Source: Planctomycetota bacterium (lineage in GTDB: Bacteria; Planctomycetota; UBA8108; UBA1146). From it: a stretch of 58,756 bases of DNA. Below the pieces are notes generated by a model. It worked only from the letters and a program-made list of their open reading frames with translations. It was not told the DNA's origin and did no database searches. A program made the translations under genes and the position numbers. Shown piece after piece: positions 50,042 to 58,756 of the stretch. Numbering within the stretch: position 1 is the stretch's first letter; the number at the start of each line of letters is the position of its first letter. The stretch spans positions 1-58,756 of the forward strand of contig JAYZBV010000095.1 in the NCBI GenBank assembly GCA_036338595.1, read 5' to 3'.

Positions 50042-50322
50042 GGGCTCACCCTGGCTTTTCTGGGTCTAGAGAAGTTTCACTACATGAATTGAATCCGGTT
50101 CTCTCTCGACCTCGGACGCGGTCATCTGGATTTCGCTGAATTGCCGTAAGGACCTCCTGATGGGCTCTCATACCGAGATGATCCCGTTCTCTGTAGCGTC
50201 GATGCTGAACCAGGACGCGCCACTGGCCTCGCCCCTTGCCCGTTGACCGACATCCGAGGGCCTCTACTCTCCTGATGGCGATACAGATTCGATCCCAGAC
50301 CACCTCGAGAAGCGGAGTTCAG

Positions 50323-51084
50323 ATGTCAGGTAACTTCTCACTTGCAGATCGAACCGTGCTGATCACGGGTTCCAGCACCGGTCTCGGAAAGGCGATGGCG
50401 CACTCATTCGGTGCTGCTGGCGCACGGGTCGCCATCAACTATCAGAACAATGTCGAGCGTGCCGAGGAGACTCTTTCAGGTTTCAGGGATGCCGGTTTCG
50501 AGGGTGCGCTCTTTCGAGGAGATGTGACAGACGAAGCGGAAGTGCATCGCCTCACTGCTGAAGTCGCCGAGACACTGGGCCCCATCGATATCGTCGTCGT
50601 CAACGCAACACCGGCCCAACCCCAGAAGCCGATAGAGGAGTACGACTGGGAGTTCTACCAGTCGATGATCGACTTCTTCATCAAGAGTCCCTTCCTGCTC
50701 GCACGTGCCACCATTCCCCACATGAGGACGCAGAAGTGGGGGCGCATCATCAACATTGCCAGTGAGGTCTTCACACGAGGATTGTCTCCCTTCAGCGCCT
50801 ATGTCGCCGCCAAGGGGGGACAACTGGGCTGGACGCGCAGCATGGCCAACGAACTGGCACCGGATGGAATCACCGTCAACGCCATCTCACCGGGATGGAT
50901 TCCCGTCGAGCGACACGAGAACGATTCTGAAGAGGACAAGCAGGGCTACCTCGATGTGATTCCGATGCAACGGTGGGGTGTTCCCTCCGATGTGGGTGGA
51001 GCAGCTGTGTTCCTGGCGAGTGAGTCGGCGAGTTTCGTCACCGGACAGAATATTCACGTCAACGGCGGCGTCTGCCTGCCCTGA
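50323..51084 (+). CDS. Short-chain dehydrogenase/reductase
   Basis: ITGSSTGLG, YVAAK, VNAISPGWI, FVTGQ...VNGG. Confidence 0.92.
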   Translation: MSGNFSLADRTVLITGSSTGLGKAMAHSFGAAGARVAINYQNNVERAEETLSGFRDAGFEGALFRGDVTDEAEVHRLTAEVAETLGPIDIVVVNATPAQPQKPIEEYDWEFYQSMIDFFIKSPFLLARATIPHMRTQKWGRIINIASEVFTRGLSPFSAYVAAKGGQLGWTRSMANELAPDGITVNAISPGWIPVERHENDSEEDKQGYLDVIPMQRWGVPSDVGGAAVFLASESASFVTGQNIHVNGGVCLP

Positions 51085-51105
51085 TCCTTACCAGAAGAGG
51101 ACCCC

Positions 51106-52122
51106 ATGAAAACAATGCCCTTTCTCATCTTGCTGCTGGCCCTGGTAGGATTCCTTGCATATTCCTTCAAGGGGTCCGAGATGCAACCCAACGCCAATGC
51201 CACGCCCAAACTCGCATTTGTCACCAACGGAGTCGCAGATTTCTGGGTCCTCGCCGGCAAGGGTGTCGAGGATGCCGCCTCCGAGATCGGGGTCACCTCC
51301 TCCTTTCACATGCCCCCCGATGGACTGGCAGATCAGAAGCGGATCATCGAGGACCTGATGGTCAAGGGGGTCGATGGTATCGCCGTCAGCCCCATCGATC
51401 CGGTCAACCAGACCCCATTCCTCGATCGCATCGCCGAGAAGACGCTGCTGATCACCCACGACTCCGATGCCCCAGATTCCAAACGGATCTGTTTCGTCGG
51501 TGTTGATAATTACGAAGCGGGTAGGATGTGTGGTGAGCTGGTCCAGGAAGCACTTCCCGACGGTGGCAAGGTGGCCATCTTCGTCGGCCGACTGGAACAG
51601 GACAACGCACGACTTCGTCGCCAGGGTGTGATCGACCAGATCCTCGGCCGCGAGTGGGACTCGAGCCGCTACGACAAGCCCGGTGAGAAGATCGTCGGCA
51701 ACGGTTTCGAGGTGGTCGCCACCCTCACTGACCAGTTCGACATGGCCAAGGGAAAGGCCAATGTCGAGGACATCCTCTCGCGCCATGAGGACATCGCCGG
51801 TTGCATCGGGCTCTTCGCCTACAACACTCCGCTGATTCTCGAGGCACTGGAGCAATCGGGCCGCATCGGCAAGGTCAAGGTGATCAGCTTCGACGAAGAC
51901 GAGCGCACCCTACAGGGCATCATCGACGGCACCGTACACGGCACCATAGTGCAAAATCCTTACGAGTACGGCGCCACATCGATGAGGTTGTTGAAGGCTC
52001 TTGCCGCAGGAGATCGTTCGGGTATCCCCGCTGATGGAATCCTGAAGGTGCCGGCGAGGACCATCCGCAAGGACGAGGTGGTCTCCTTCCGCGAAGATAT
52101 GCGCAAGAAGCTGGGCCAGTGA
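51106..52122 (+). CDS. Sugar ABC transporter substrate-binding protein (RbsB-like)
   Basis: Signal peptide, GVDGIAVSP, GVDNYEAG, SFDE, QNPYEYG. Confidence 0.9.
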   Translation: MKTMPFLILLLALVGFLAYSFKGSEMQPNANATPKLAFVTNGVADFWVLAGKGVEDAASEIGVTSSFHMPPDGLADQKRIIEDLMVKGVDGIAVSPIDPVNQTPFLDRIAEKTLLITHDSDAPDSKRICFVGVDNYEAGRMCGELVQEALPDGGKVAIFVGRLEQDNARLRRQGVIDQILGREWDSSRYDKPGEKIVGNGFEVVATLTDQFDMAKGKANVEDILSRHEDIAGCIGLFAYNTPLILEALEQSGRIGKVKVISFDEDERTLQGIIDGTVHGTIVQNPYEYGATSMRLLKALAAGDRSGIPADGILKVPARTIRKDEVVSFREDMRKKLGQ

Positions 52123-53618
52123 AGGGACCCGAGCGGTTCATCGAGGCGCAGTCGGTCTCCAAGAGGTTCGGAGGAGTCGTTGCCCTCGATTCGGTATCGC
52201 TGTCGATCCGACGCGGAGAAGTCGTCGCAGTGGTCGGTGAAAATGGGGCTGGCAAGAGCACCCTGATCAAGATCCTGTGTGGTGTGCACCCCCCGGATTC
52301 CGGAATGGTTCTCCTCGACGGGAATCCGGTTCACCTCTCTGGCCCCGCAGATGCCTTTGCACACGGCATCGCGCGCATTCCCCAGGAACTGGAACTCTGT
52401 GACTCGATGACGGTGGCTGAGAACTTGCTTCTCGGACGAGAACCGATCACCCGTCACGGATTCATCGACGAGAACGCCTGCCGCATTGCCGCTGGAAATG
52501 CACTCCATCAGGTGGCCCTCGATGTTCCTCTCGAAAAACCTGTCAGGGACCTCGGGTATGGCCAGCGGCAACTGGTCGCCATCGCCCGAGCACTCGATGG
52601 TCAGGCGCAAGTACTGCTGCTCGATGAACCCACTGCTACTCTTTCGCCTACCGAGACCCGGTTACTACTCGATCGCATCGAAGTACTGAAAGAAGCAGGC
52701 GCGGCCATCGTCTTGATCACACATCGGCTCGCAGAAGTCGAAAAGGTCGCTGACCGTGTCATGGTGCTTCGAGATGGTCACCATGTCGCCACCCTGGAGA
52801 CCGATCGCATCACTCGCGATGAGATGGTGCGCCAGATGGTCGGTCGAGATCTCGAATCGGTTACAAATGAACCAACATCGATCGGAAAAGTGCGCCTATC
52901 TCTGAAGGGGTTGCGCACATCCGCCCACCCGGAATCGATAGATCTTGAGGTGAGATCTGGAGAACGCATCGCTCTTGCAGGACTGGTGGGTGCAGGCAGA
53001 AGTGAACTGCTGGAATCGATATTCGGTCTGCGTGATCGTCTCGGTGAAGTTCTCGTCGACGGGAATACGCTGCCTGGCTCTGACCCCGGGATTGCCGTCG
53101 ATAGAGGTCTCGCTCTGGTTCCCGAGGAGCGATCCTCGCAGGGCCTGGCGCTTCAACGAACCGTTGCCGAGAATGCGAACCTGCCTGGGATTCATCGCAA
53201 AGCAGGTGTTCTGGGCTACCTGAGCGCAGATGCAGGTGAGGACACTGCAAGATCGGTCGTGGAGAGGCTCGGTATCCGTCCAGCCAGTACCGACATCGCC
53301 GCCGCAAGCCTGTCCGGTGGGAATCAACAGAAGCTCGTGATCGGAAAATGGCTCGCTCTCGATCCGGGAGTCCTGCTCCTCGATGAACCGACCCGGGGAG
53401 TCGATGTCGGAGCCAGAGAAGAGATACATCTGCGCCTTCGAGAACTCTCCGAGGAGGGCGTGGCGATCCTGTATGTCTCGAGCGAGATGGAAGAGGTGCT
53501 GGCGCTATCGCACAAGGTCGTGGTGATGCACGAGGGTCGGATCACAGGTACTCTCACAACCAGCGAGAGCAACGAGGAAGAGATCATGGAACTTGCGACG
53601 GGAGGTAGTCGCCGATGA
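52119..53618 (+). CDS. Sugar ABC transporter ATP-binding protein (RbsA/MglA-like)
   Basis: GENGAGKST, LLDEPT, GLVGAGRSE, LSGGNQQK. Confidence 0.95.
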   Translation: MKGPERFIEAQSVSKRFGGVVALDSVSLSIRRGEVVAVVGENGAGKSTLIKILCGVHPPDSGMVLLDGNPVHLSGPADAFAHGIARIPQELELCDSMTVAENLLLGREPITRHGFIDENACRIAAGNALHQVALDVPLEKPVRDLGYGQRQLVAIARALDGQAQVLLLDEPTATLSPTETRLLLDRIEVLKEAGAAIVLITHRLAEVEKVADRVMVLRDGHHVATLETDRITRDEMVRQMVGRDLESVTNEPTSIGKVRLSLKGLRTSAHPESIDLEVRSGERIALAGLVGAGRSELLESIFGLRDRLGEVLVDGNTLPGSDPGIAVDRGLALVPEERSSQGLALQRTVAENANLPGIHRKAGVLGYLSADAGEDTARSVVERLGIRPASTDIAAASLSGGNQQKLVIGKWLALDPGVLLLDEPTRGVDVGAREEIHLRLRELSEEGVAILYVSSEMEEVLALSHKVVVMHEGRITGTLTTSESNEEEIMELATGGSRR

Positions 53619-54580
53619 AAAAGGTACTCGGTATCTCCGCCGTACTGGTGACGGTAGCCATCGTCACCGCATCGATCAGTCCTTCCTTCCTCAGTGCCTA
53701 CAACATCGAAAACCTTCTGCGGAGAAGTGCTCTGTTTGGCATCATCGGCATCGGTGCTTCGCTCGTCATCATCACCGGTGGTATCGATCTCTCCATCGGC
53801 TCATTGATCTGCCTCGTCGGCTGCCTGACTCCGTGGCTGATCACACAGGTCGGAGTGTCGGCGTGGCTAGTGGTACCGGCACTGCTGATTCTTGCCACCC
53901 TGCTGGGGATGACCCACGGCTTGCTGGTGACTCGACTGAAGTTGCAACCGTTCCTGGTGACCCTCTGTGGGTTGTTCATCTACAGGGGCCTCACGCGAGG
54001 CATTCTATCCGACAACACGGTTGGCTTTGGCACTGAAGGATCTGGCTTACGAGCCCTGGGAAATGGTCGTGTTCCCATCACCGCTGACTTTGCGCTGCCC
54101 GCTCCCTTGTTGATTCTCATCGTGGTCGCAGTGCTCGCCTGGCTACTACTGAGGCGTACCGTCTGGGGACGACATTTGCTGGCAATCGGCAGCAATGAGA
54201 CAGCAGCTCGCCATTGCGGTATCGATGTCAACAGGGTCAAGATCGGGGCTTATGCTCTCTGTGGATTGTTGACCGGCATCGGGGGGCTACTGTTCGTACT
54301 CGACACAGGCTCTGCTCAACCATCGAACTTCGGCAACTTCTACGAACTGTACGCCATCGCCGCTGCAGTGCTGGGCGGGTGTTCGCTACGCGGCGGGGAG
54401 GGCACCATCATCGGGGTTCTGATCGGCGCCACTCTGGTCCAGGTACTCAGAAACGCCATCGTTTTGATCGATGACATCCCTGACAACATCGAATTTGCAG
54501 TCATCGGCGGCATCATCTTGCTGGCGGTGATCACGGATGAAACGGTCAGACGAGCCTTATCGAGTCGAAAGAGATCCTGA
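53615..54580 (+). CDS. Sugar ABC transporter permease (RbsC-like)
   Basis: IITGGIDLSIG, AIGSNETAA..GI, YELYAIAAAVLGG.SL.GG.G. Confidence 0.93.
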   Translation: MKKVLGISAVLVTVAIVTASISPSFLSAYNIENLLRRSALFGIIGIGASLVIITGGIDLSIGSLICLVGCLTPWLITQVGVSAWLVVPALLILATLLGMTHGLLVTRLKLQPFLVTLCGLFIYRGLTRGILSDNTVGFGTEGSGLRALGNGRVPITADFALPAPLLILIVVAVLAWLLLRRTVWGRHLLAIGSNETAARHCGIDVNRVKIGAYALCGLLTGIGGLLFVLDTGSAQPSNFGNFYELYAIAAAVLGGCSLRGGEGTIIGVLIGATLVQVLRNAIVLIDDIPDNIEFAVIGGIILLAVITDETVRRALSSRKRS

Positions 54581-54799
54581 CCCGACCAGGCAAGATGGTG
54601 TGCGAACCGGGCACCCGGTGCATGATCTGGCAACCTGGATTCTGACTGATCATGTACCTGACTTGATCGAGAGGGGTATATTACCGTTCAGTTCGGGCGG
54701 ATGGCATGGATCGCTGTGGACATGTGGCTTCCAGTCTTCTGAACTGGGTTGCACATCAACATTCACGACCTCTCACCGACGGTGAGTCCTGGAGGGAAG

Positions 54800-56302
54800 A
54801 TGCGTTCGATATTCTGGATACTGCTGCTGTTCTCGGTGCTGGTACCATCTTCACACGCCTTCGGAATCCAGGAAGAGGCCTCGGGTGAAGATGCCGCTGC
54901 AGTACTGCTCGCTCGCCTGGAGGGAACCGATGCAGCCGGCAAGGGCAAGGTGCTGGATGATGTTCTCGCAGAAGGCTCAAACCAGATTCTTGCTGTGCTG
55001 TCCCTGGTAGTCGATCGAACCGATTCCACTGGAACCCCGAAAGAGTGGCAGCAACAACTGAACTCGGATGTGACTGCTCGTCAGGTCATCAGTGGACTCG
55101 TCATGCTTGCAGCCGCACCCGGCAATCAGAAAAACAGTACCGTTCTCGCCGGCCTCCTCACCCAGCAACTCTCCGAGAAGTCGAAGGAAGGAATCGAGAG
55201 ATTTCTCATCCGGATGCTCGGTGATCTGGGCAACCCGATCGCAGTAGAAGCGCTATCGGCTTCCGTTCGGGCCGATGAAGATTGGTCCGATGAAACGGTT
55301 CGGTCACTCGGATCGATACCTGGTGACGACGCCAGGGAGTCTCTCATCTCCTTGATGCTAGAGGCTCCTTCTCGCTGGAAACCTGCCATTGCAACGGCTC
55401 TTGCGACAAGAACTGCCTCTAGCTCGCTGATCGGCGTGCTCCTCACATCCCTCAAGGACCCTGATGAATCGATACAGATCGCCGCGCTCGATGCGCTGGT
55501 TTCGCACGGTGCAGAACAGGCGATGAAACCCGCTGTGGACCTGCTACTGCAATGTGATCCGGAGCAGAAGGGAATGCATGCTCAGCGTATTCTGGAGCTG
55601 GCGCATCAACTCGATGAAAACCAGCACGAGGTCTATGCCCGGAATCTACTCGATGCATTGCTGCTGACGCCGGGAGTCCCGGATAAACGACGAGTTGTTG
55701 CAACCAGGCTTCGCCAGCGTTGCGGTGCCTGGAAATCGCTCTTCGATGGATCCAGCTCCGATGGTTGGATAGGAGCTGTAGACGGCTATCAATTCTCAAA
55801 CGGTGAGATCCACTGTACTGCCGGGACTGGTGGCAACATCTATACCAGGGATCAATACGGTGATTTCATTCTCAGATTCGAGTTCAAGTTATCTCCAGGA
55901 GCGAATAACGGCCTGGGATTGAGGACTCCTTCATCCGGGGATGCTGCTTATTCCGGAATGGAAGCACAGATACTGGACGACTCCGCCGAAAAATGGGCCA
56001 ACCTGAAACCATATCAGTATCACGGGAGCATTTATGGAGTTGTCCCATCGCGGCGAGGATTCCAGAAACCGGTCGGAGAGTGGAATCAGCAGGAAGTCCG
56101 CTGCGATGGACGCCACGTGAAGATCGTTCTCAATGGCCATGTCATCATCGATGCAGATCTCGACGCAGTAATCCGCGGTGGAACCATCGATGGGCGAGAG
56201 CATCCGGGACTGACCAACTCATCGGGTCACATCGGTTTTCTGGGACATGGAGATGCCGTGGCATTCAGAAACCTCAGAATCCAGCAGCTCGTCCACAACT
56301 GA
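54800..56302 (+). CDS. Secreted HEAT-repeat plus DUF1080 (3-keto-disaccharide hydrolase-like) fusion protein
   Basis: Signal peptide; helical repeats; SLFDG...GW, YGDFILRFEFK, NNGLG, EAQILD, GSIYG, GEWN, GHIGF.GH...FRNLRI. Confidence 0.88.
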   Translation: MRSIFWILLLFSVLVPSSHAFGIQEEASGEDAAAVLLARLEGTDAAGKGKVLDDVLAEGSNQILAVLSLVVDRTDSTGTPKEWQQQLNSDVTARQVISGLVMLAAAPGNQKNSTVLAGLLTQQLSEKSKEGIERFLIRMLGDLGNPIAVEALSASVRADEDWSDETVRSLGSIPGDDARESLISLMLEAPSRWKPAIATALATRTASSSLIGVLLTSLKDPDESIQIAALDALVSHGAEQAMKPAVDLLLQCDPEQKGMHAQRILELAHQLDENQHEVYARNLLDALLLTPGVPDKRRVVATRLRQRCGAWKSLFDGSSSDGWIGAVDGYQFSNGEIHCTAGTGGNIYTRDQYGDFILRFEFKLSPGANNGLGLRTPSSGDAAYSGMEAQILDDSAEKWANLKPYQYHGSIYGVVPSRRGFQKPVGEWNQQEVRCDGRHVKIVLNGHVIIDADLDAVIRGGTIDGREHPGLTNSSGHIGFLGHGDAVAFRNLRIQQLVHN

Positions 56303-56311
56303 CCATTGCAT

Positions 56312-56351
56312 GAAAAAATGGGAGCCTCTCGACTTAGATCGAAAGGCTCCC
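56312..56351 (-). terminator. Intrinsic terminator on the minus strand
   Basis: Minus strand GGGAGCCTTTCGA-TCTAAG-TCGAGAGGCTCCC-ATTTTTT; its one non-Watson-Crick pair is G-U only on the minus strand. Confidence 0.8.
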
Positions 56352-56875
56352 CGGAATAGGGCTTCGAGTACCCTGAATTCGTAAGAAAACAAACTCTCTT
56401 ACAACCAGCATAGGATCGAAGCCAGGGTCCCTGCTAAATAGGGGGACTTGAAAACGTCTGCGGGATACCGCCTCTCGATTGGTGATCAGGAGTTGAAACA
56501 ATTTCGACTATCGTTGTAACTCGTTGATCAGACCAATCCGTCGCAAAATACCAGAGACGGTATTACCCGACAGAACGTCCTGGAGGTTAATTTGCTGCTG
56601 ACTCCTCGCATTGTGAAACTTACCACTGGCCAATTCACAACCTCGACGGCCTCCAGCAATCTGAAGGCGCTGTCGAGAAATGCTGTGGGGGGGGGGTTAT
56701 CAGATTTTGACTGAAACGGCAGCAAGTAATCTCCGTACAAGCCATCCAAACCTCTCCCACACAGCATGATTCGACAACAGGGAATGCGTCTCCTCCACCT
56801 GAATCTCCTTGATACCGCTTGTTCACAAATGACATCTCTGGAGATGTGGCGAGTTCCCGACCAGTGCAGCTGGTC
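56312..56875 (-). ncRNA. Candidate large structured non-coding RNA, family not recognised
   Basis: At least four consecutive long irregular hairpins, mostly minus-strand G-U wobbles, own terminator, TACACT -10-like box at 56877-56882, no credible long CDS. Confidence 0.55.
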
Positions 56876-57068
56876 TAGTGTAATCAAACGAGATATTTCA
56901 ACATCAAGAGCGAGGTACCTGGGGCTGCCTCCGATTCGAAGCCGCCGTGCGAAGCCCGTGGCCCGGACCATCTGGTTCCCTGGAGGGTATTGATCTCTTG
57001 ATTCTGAATCCAGGATCCGCAAGAGTACCCCGGTTCATCCAGCCGACGCATAATTGGGGGGAATACAA

Positions 57069-57587
57069 ATGTCCGAGACTCGATCCGAAGCCATCACACT
57101 CAAGGGAACTCCATTTGATGTGAAGGGCCCGCTACTTGAGGTGGGAAACAAAGCGCCTGATTTTCTTCTACTGAACGCTGGACTGGAGGAAGTCACCAGA
57201 TCTTCCTTCTCCAGCAAGAATCTGGTCATCGCAACGGTACCTTCCCTCGATACTCCGGTCTGTCAGCAAGAAACCAAGCACTTCAACGATGCCATCGGTG
57301 GCAATGACTCGACAGAAGTACTGGTCGTCAGTGCAGACCTTCCTTTTGCTCAGAAACGCTGGTGTGGGGCTGAAGGAGTCGAGAATGTCACAACTCTCAG
57401 TTGCCATCGTTCCAGCGCTTTCGGCGAAGCTTACGGGGTTCAGATCAGCAACGGGCCACTTGCGTGTTGCCTGGCGAGGGCAGTGTTTGTTGTCGACGCC
57501 GAGGGAATCCTCACACATGTGGAGTATGTCAAGGAAGTGGCAGATCAACCCGACTTCGATGCGGTGTTGAGCGTCGTCTCCGCTTGA
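57069..57587 (+). CDS. tpx: Thiol peroxidase (atypical 2-Cys peroxiredoxin)
   Basis: VPSLDTPVC, VSADLPFAQKRWCGAEG, LARAVFVVD. Confidence 0.93.
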   Translation: MSETRSEAITLKGTPFDVKGPLLEVGNKAPDFLLLNAGLEEVTRSSFSSKNLVIATVPSLDTPVCQQETKHFNDAIGGNDSTEVLVVSADLPFAQKRWCGAEGVENVTTLSCHRSSAFGEAYGVQISNGPLACCLARAVFVVDAEGILTHVEYVKEVADQPDFDAVLSVVSA

Positions 57588-57729
57588 GGCTCTGGCACCC
57601 GAGGATAGAGAGCGCCGGGATCGCGTGTTCCGGCTGAGTTCGACAGAGACCAAGAACGCAGTCGAAATCAGAGACATCGTGGCAAGAATGCTCCACGATC
57701 TCTCTTCAGCATGAAACAGGGGCTCAAAG

Positions 57730-58422
57730 ATGACAGACATGAAGAAGTGTGCCGCAGAAGCAGTGGGTACCTTTTACCTCTGCTTTGCCGGAATCGCCTC
57801 CATCCTGGTCGTTACGATGAACGGATGGGGTGGAGATTCAGGTGGTCTGCTCATCATTGCGATGGCTCACGGGTTGGCGCTGTCGATCGGCGTCTCGGTC
57901 ACTGGAGGGATCTCGGGAGGGCACCTCAATCCCGCAGTGACCATCAGCATGCTAGTAACAGGGCGGATCCCGCTGCCGCTGGCCCTGAAGTACATCGTCT
58001 TCCAGATCCTGGGGGCGAGTATCGCTGCTTATCTCTGCACGGTTCTCTTCGCAGGGACCGATGCGGTGGCAGCAGCCAACCTCGGTATCCCACTGCCGGG
58101 CGAGGCATTTGCCAACCCGACCACGATCATCCTCGGCGAGTTCATCCTCACATTCTTGCTCGTCACCTCGGTCTTCGGAACAGCCGTCGATGAAAGGGGT
58201 CGAGCCGTCAAGTTCGGAGCACTCGCCATCGGACTGACCGTTGCCTTCGACATCCTCGCTGGCGGCGCGATCACGGGGGCCTCGATGAATCCTGCTCGCT
58301 CCCTCGGTCCTGCCCTGATCCAGGGTGACTTTCAGTTTCACTGGTGCTACTGGGTGGGACCGGTGCTGGGAGCCGTTGCGGCGGGGCTCTTCTATGACCG
58401 CGTGCTGCTCGACAAGAAGTGA
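57730..58422 (+). CDS. Aquaporin (MIP family, AqpZ-like)
   Basis: SGGHLNPAV and GASMNPARS, YWVGP, 6 TM. Confidence 0.93.
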   Translation: MTDMKKCAAEAVGTFYLCFAGIASILVVTMNGWGGDSGGLLIIAMAHGLALSIGVSVTGGISGGHLNPAVTISMLVTGRIPLPLALKYIVFQILGASIAAYLCTVLFAGTDAVAAANLGIPLPGEAFANPTTIILGEFILTFLLVTSVFGTAVDERGRAVKFGALAIGLTVAFDILAGGAITGASMNPARSLGPALIQGDFQFHWCYWVGPVLGAVAAGLFYDRVLLDKK

Positions 58423-58438
58423 CGGAAGAGAAGCGGGC

Positions 58439-58756
58439 TCAGTTTGTTTTCACCGGCGTCTCGGATGAGTCGCGATACGAAGAACCCTGTCTCGCCACCA
58501 GCCAGCGGCGCAGTGGAGCGGGAGTCATCCACAGGATGATCAGCAGCGTCTTGTAGACGAGACCCGGCACGCAGTAGATCTTGCCCCTCTCGCAACAGTC
58601 GAGCGCATCGCTGGCGACACGATCCGCTTGCAGCCACAAGAAACCGGGCATCTTCGACATCTTCTCCCGTGTTCCGGTCACATCGTGAAACTCCGTGTAG
58701 GTGAATCCTGGACAGAGCGATGTGACATGAACCCCGCTTCCCTTGCACTCCAGTGC
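58439..58756 (-). CDS. Short-chain dehydrogenase (DltE-like), C-terminal part only
   Basis: Frame open to the window edge: ALECKGSGVHVTSLCPGFTYTEFHDV...ADRVA..AL...YCVPG. Confidence 0.8.
   Translation of the reverse strand, partial: ALECKGSGVHVTSLCPGFTYTEFHDVTGTREKMSKMPGFLWLQADRVASDALDCCERGKIYCVPGLVYKTLLIILWMTPAPLRRWLVARQGSSYRDSSETPVKTN

Noticed and set aside
50046..50303. 85-aa ORF between the monooxygenase and the SDR
   Set aside because: Arg-rich, no RBS or motif; likely the divergent promoter region
56921..56945. GGGGCTG...GATTCGA resembling a tmRNA 5' end
   Set aside because: No matching T-arm/acceptor 3' end (…CTCCACCA) and no tag ORF at a proper distance
56528..57022. 164-aa minus-strand ORF in the structured gap
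   Set aside because: Arg/Ser-rich composition with no recognisable domain, atypical codon usage, and it ends well before the terminator
1..58756. CRISPR arrays, tRNA/rRNA genes, transposases, integrases, phage genes
   Set aside because: None recognised by eye anywhere in the window

Overview
A GC-rich bacterial chromosomal segment, most likely from a marine Planctomycetota genome. That call is inferred from the PVC-type L28, dockerin-like C-terminal domains, four Cys-type sulfatases and a Tat-exported Gfo/Idh/MocA protein. It is probably origin-proximal, since it carries parA-parB with two parS-like sites and scpA. The backbone has housekeeping genes (kdsC, fmt, rsmB-like, tatA, rpmB, tpx, aquaporin), carbohydrate-use genes (sulfatases, O-acetylesterase, galM, sugar ABC transporter, HEAT-DUF1080 fusion) and several secreted proteins of unknown function. 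Three loci stand out. (1) A 7-gene, ~10.3 kb redox operon (37424-47704) encodes penta-, tetra- and decaheme c-type cytochromes (19 CxxCH), a porin-like beta-barrel, a membrane-anchored FNR/2Fe-2S reductase, a cytochrome b-like membrane protein and a cyclic-nucleotide-binding/4x[4Fe-4S] fusion. It is a candidate cNMP-regulated trans-envelope electron conduit. (2) A ~560-700 nt intergenic region (about 56310-57030) folds into consecutive long hairpins ending in a minus-strand terminator, a candidate large non-coding RNA. (3) A ~985-aa multi-repeat LptA/LptC-like protein sits directly after kdsC. All calls were made by eye from motifs; no database search or folding program was run.
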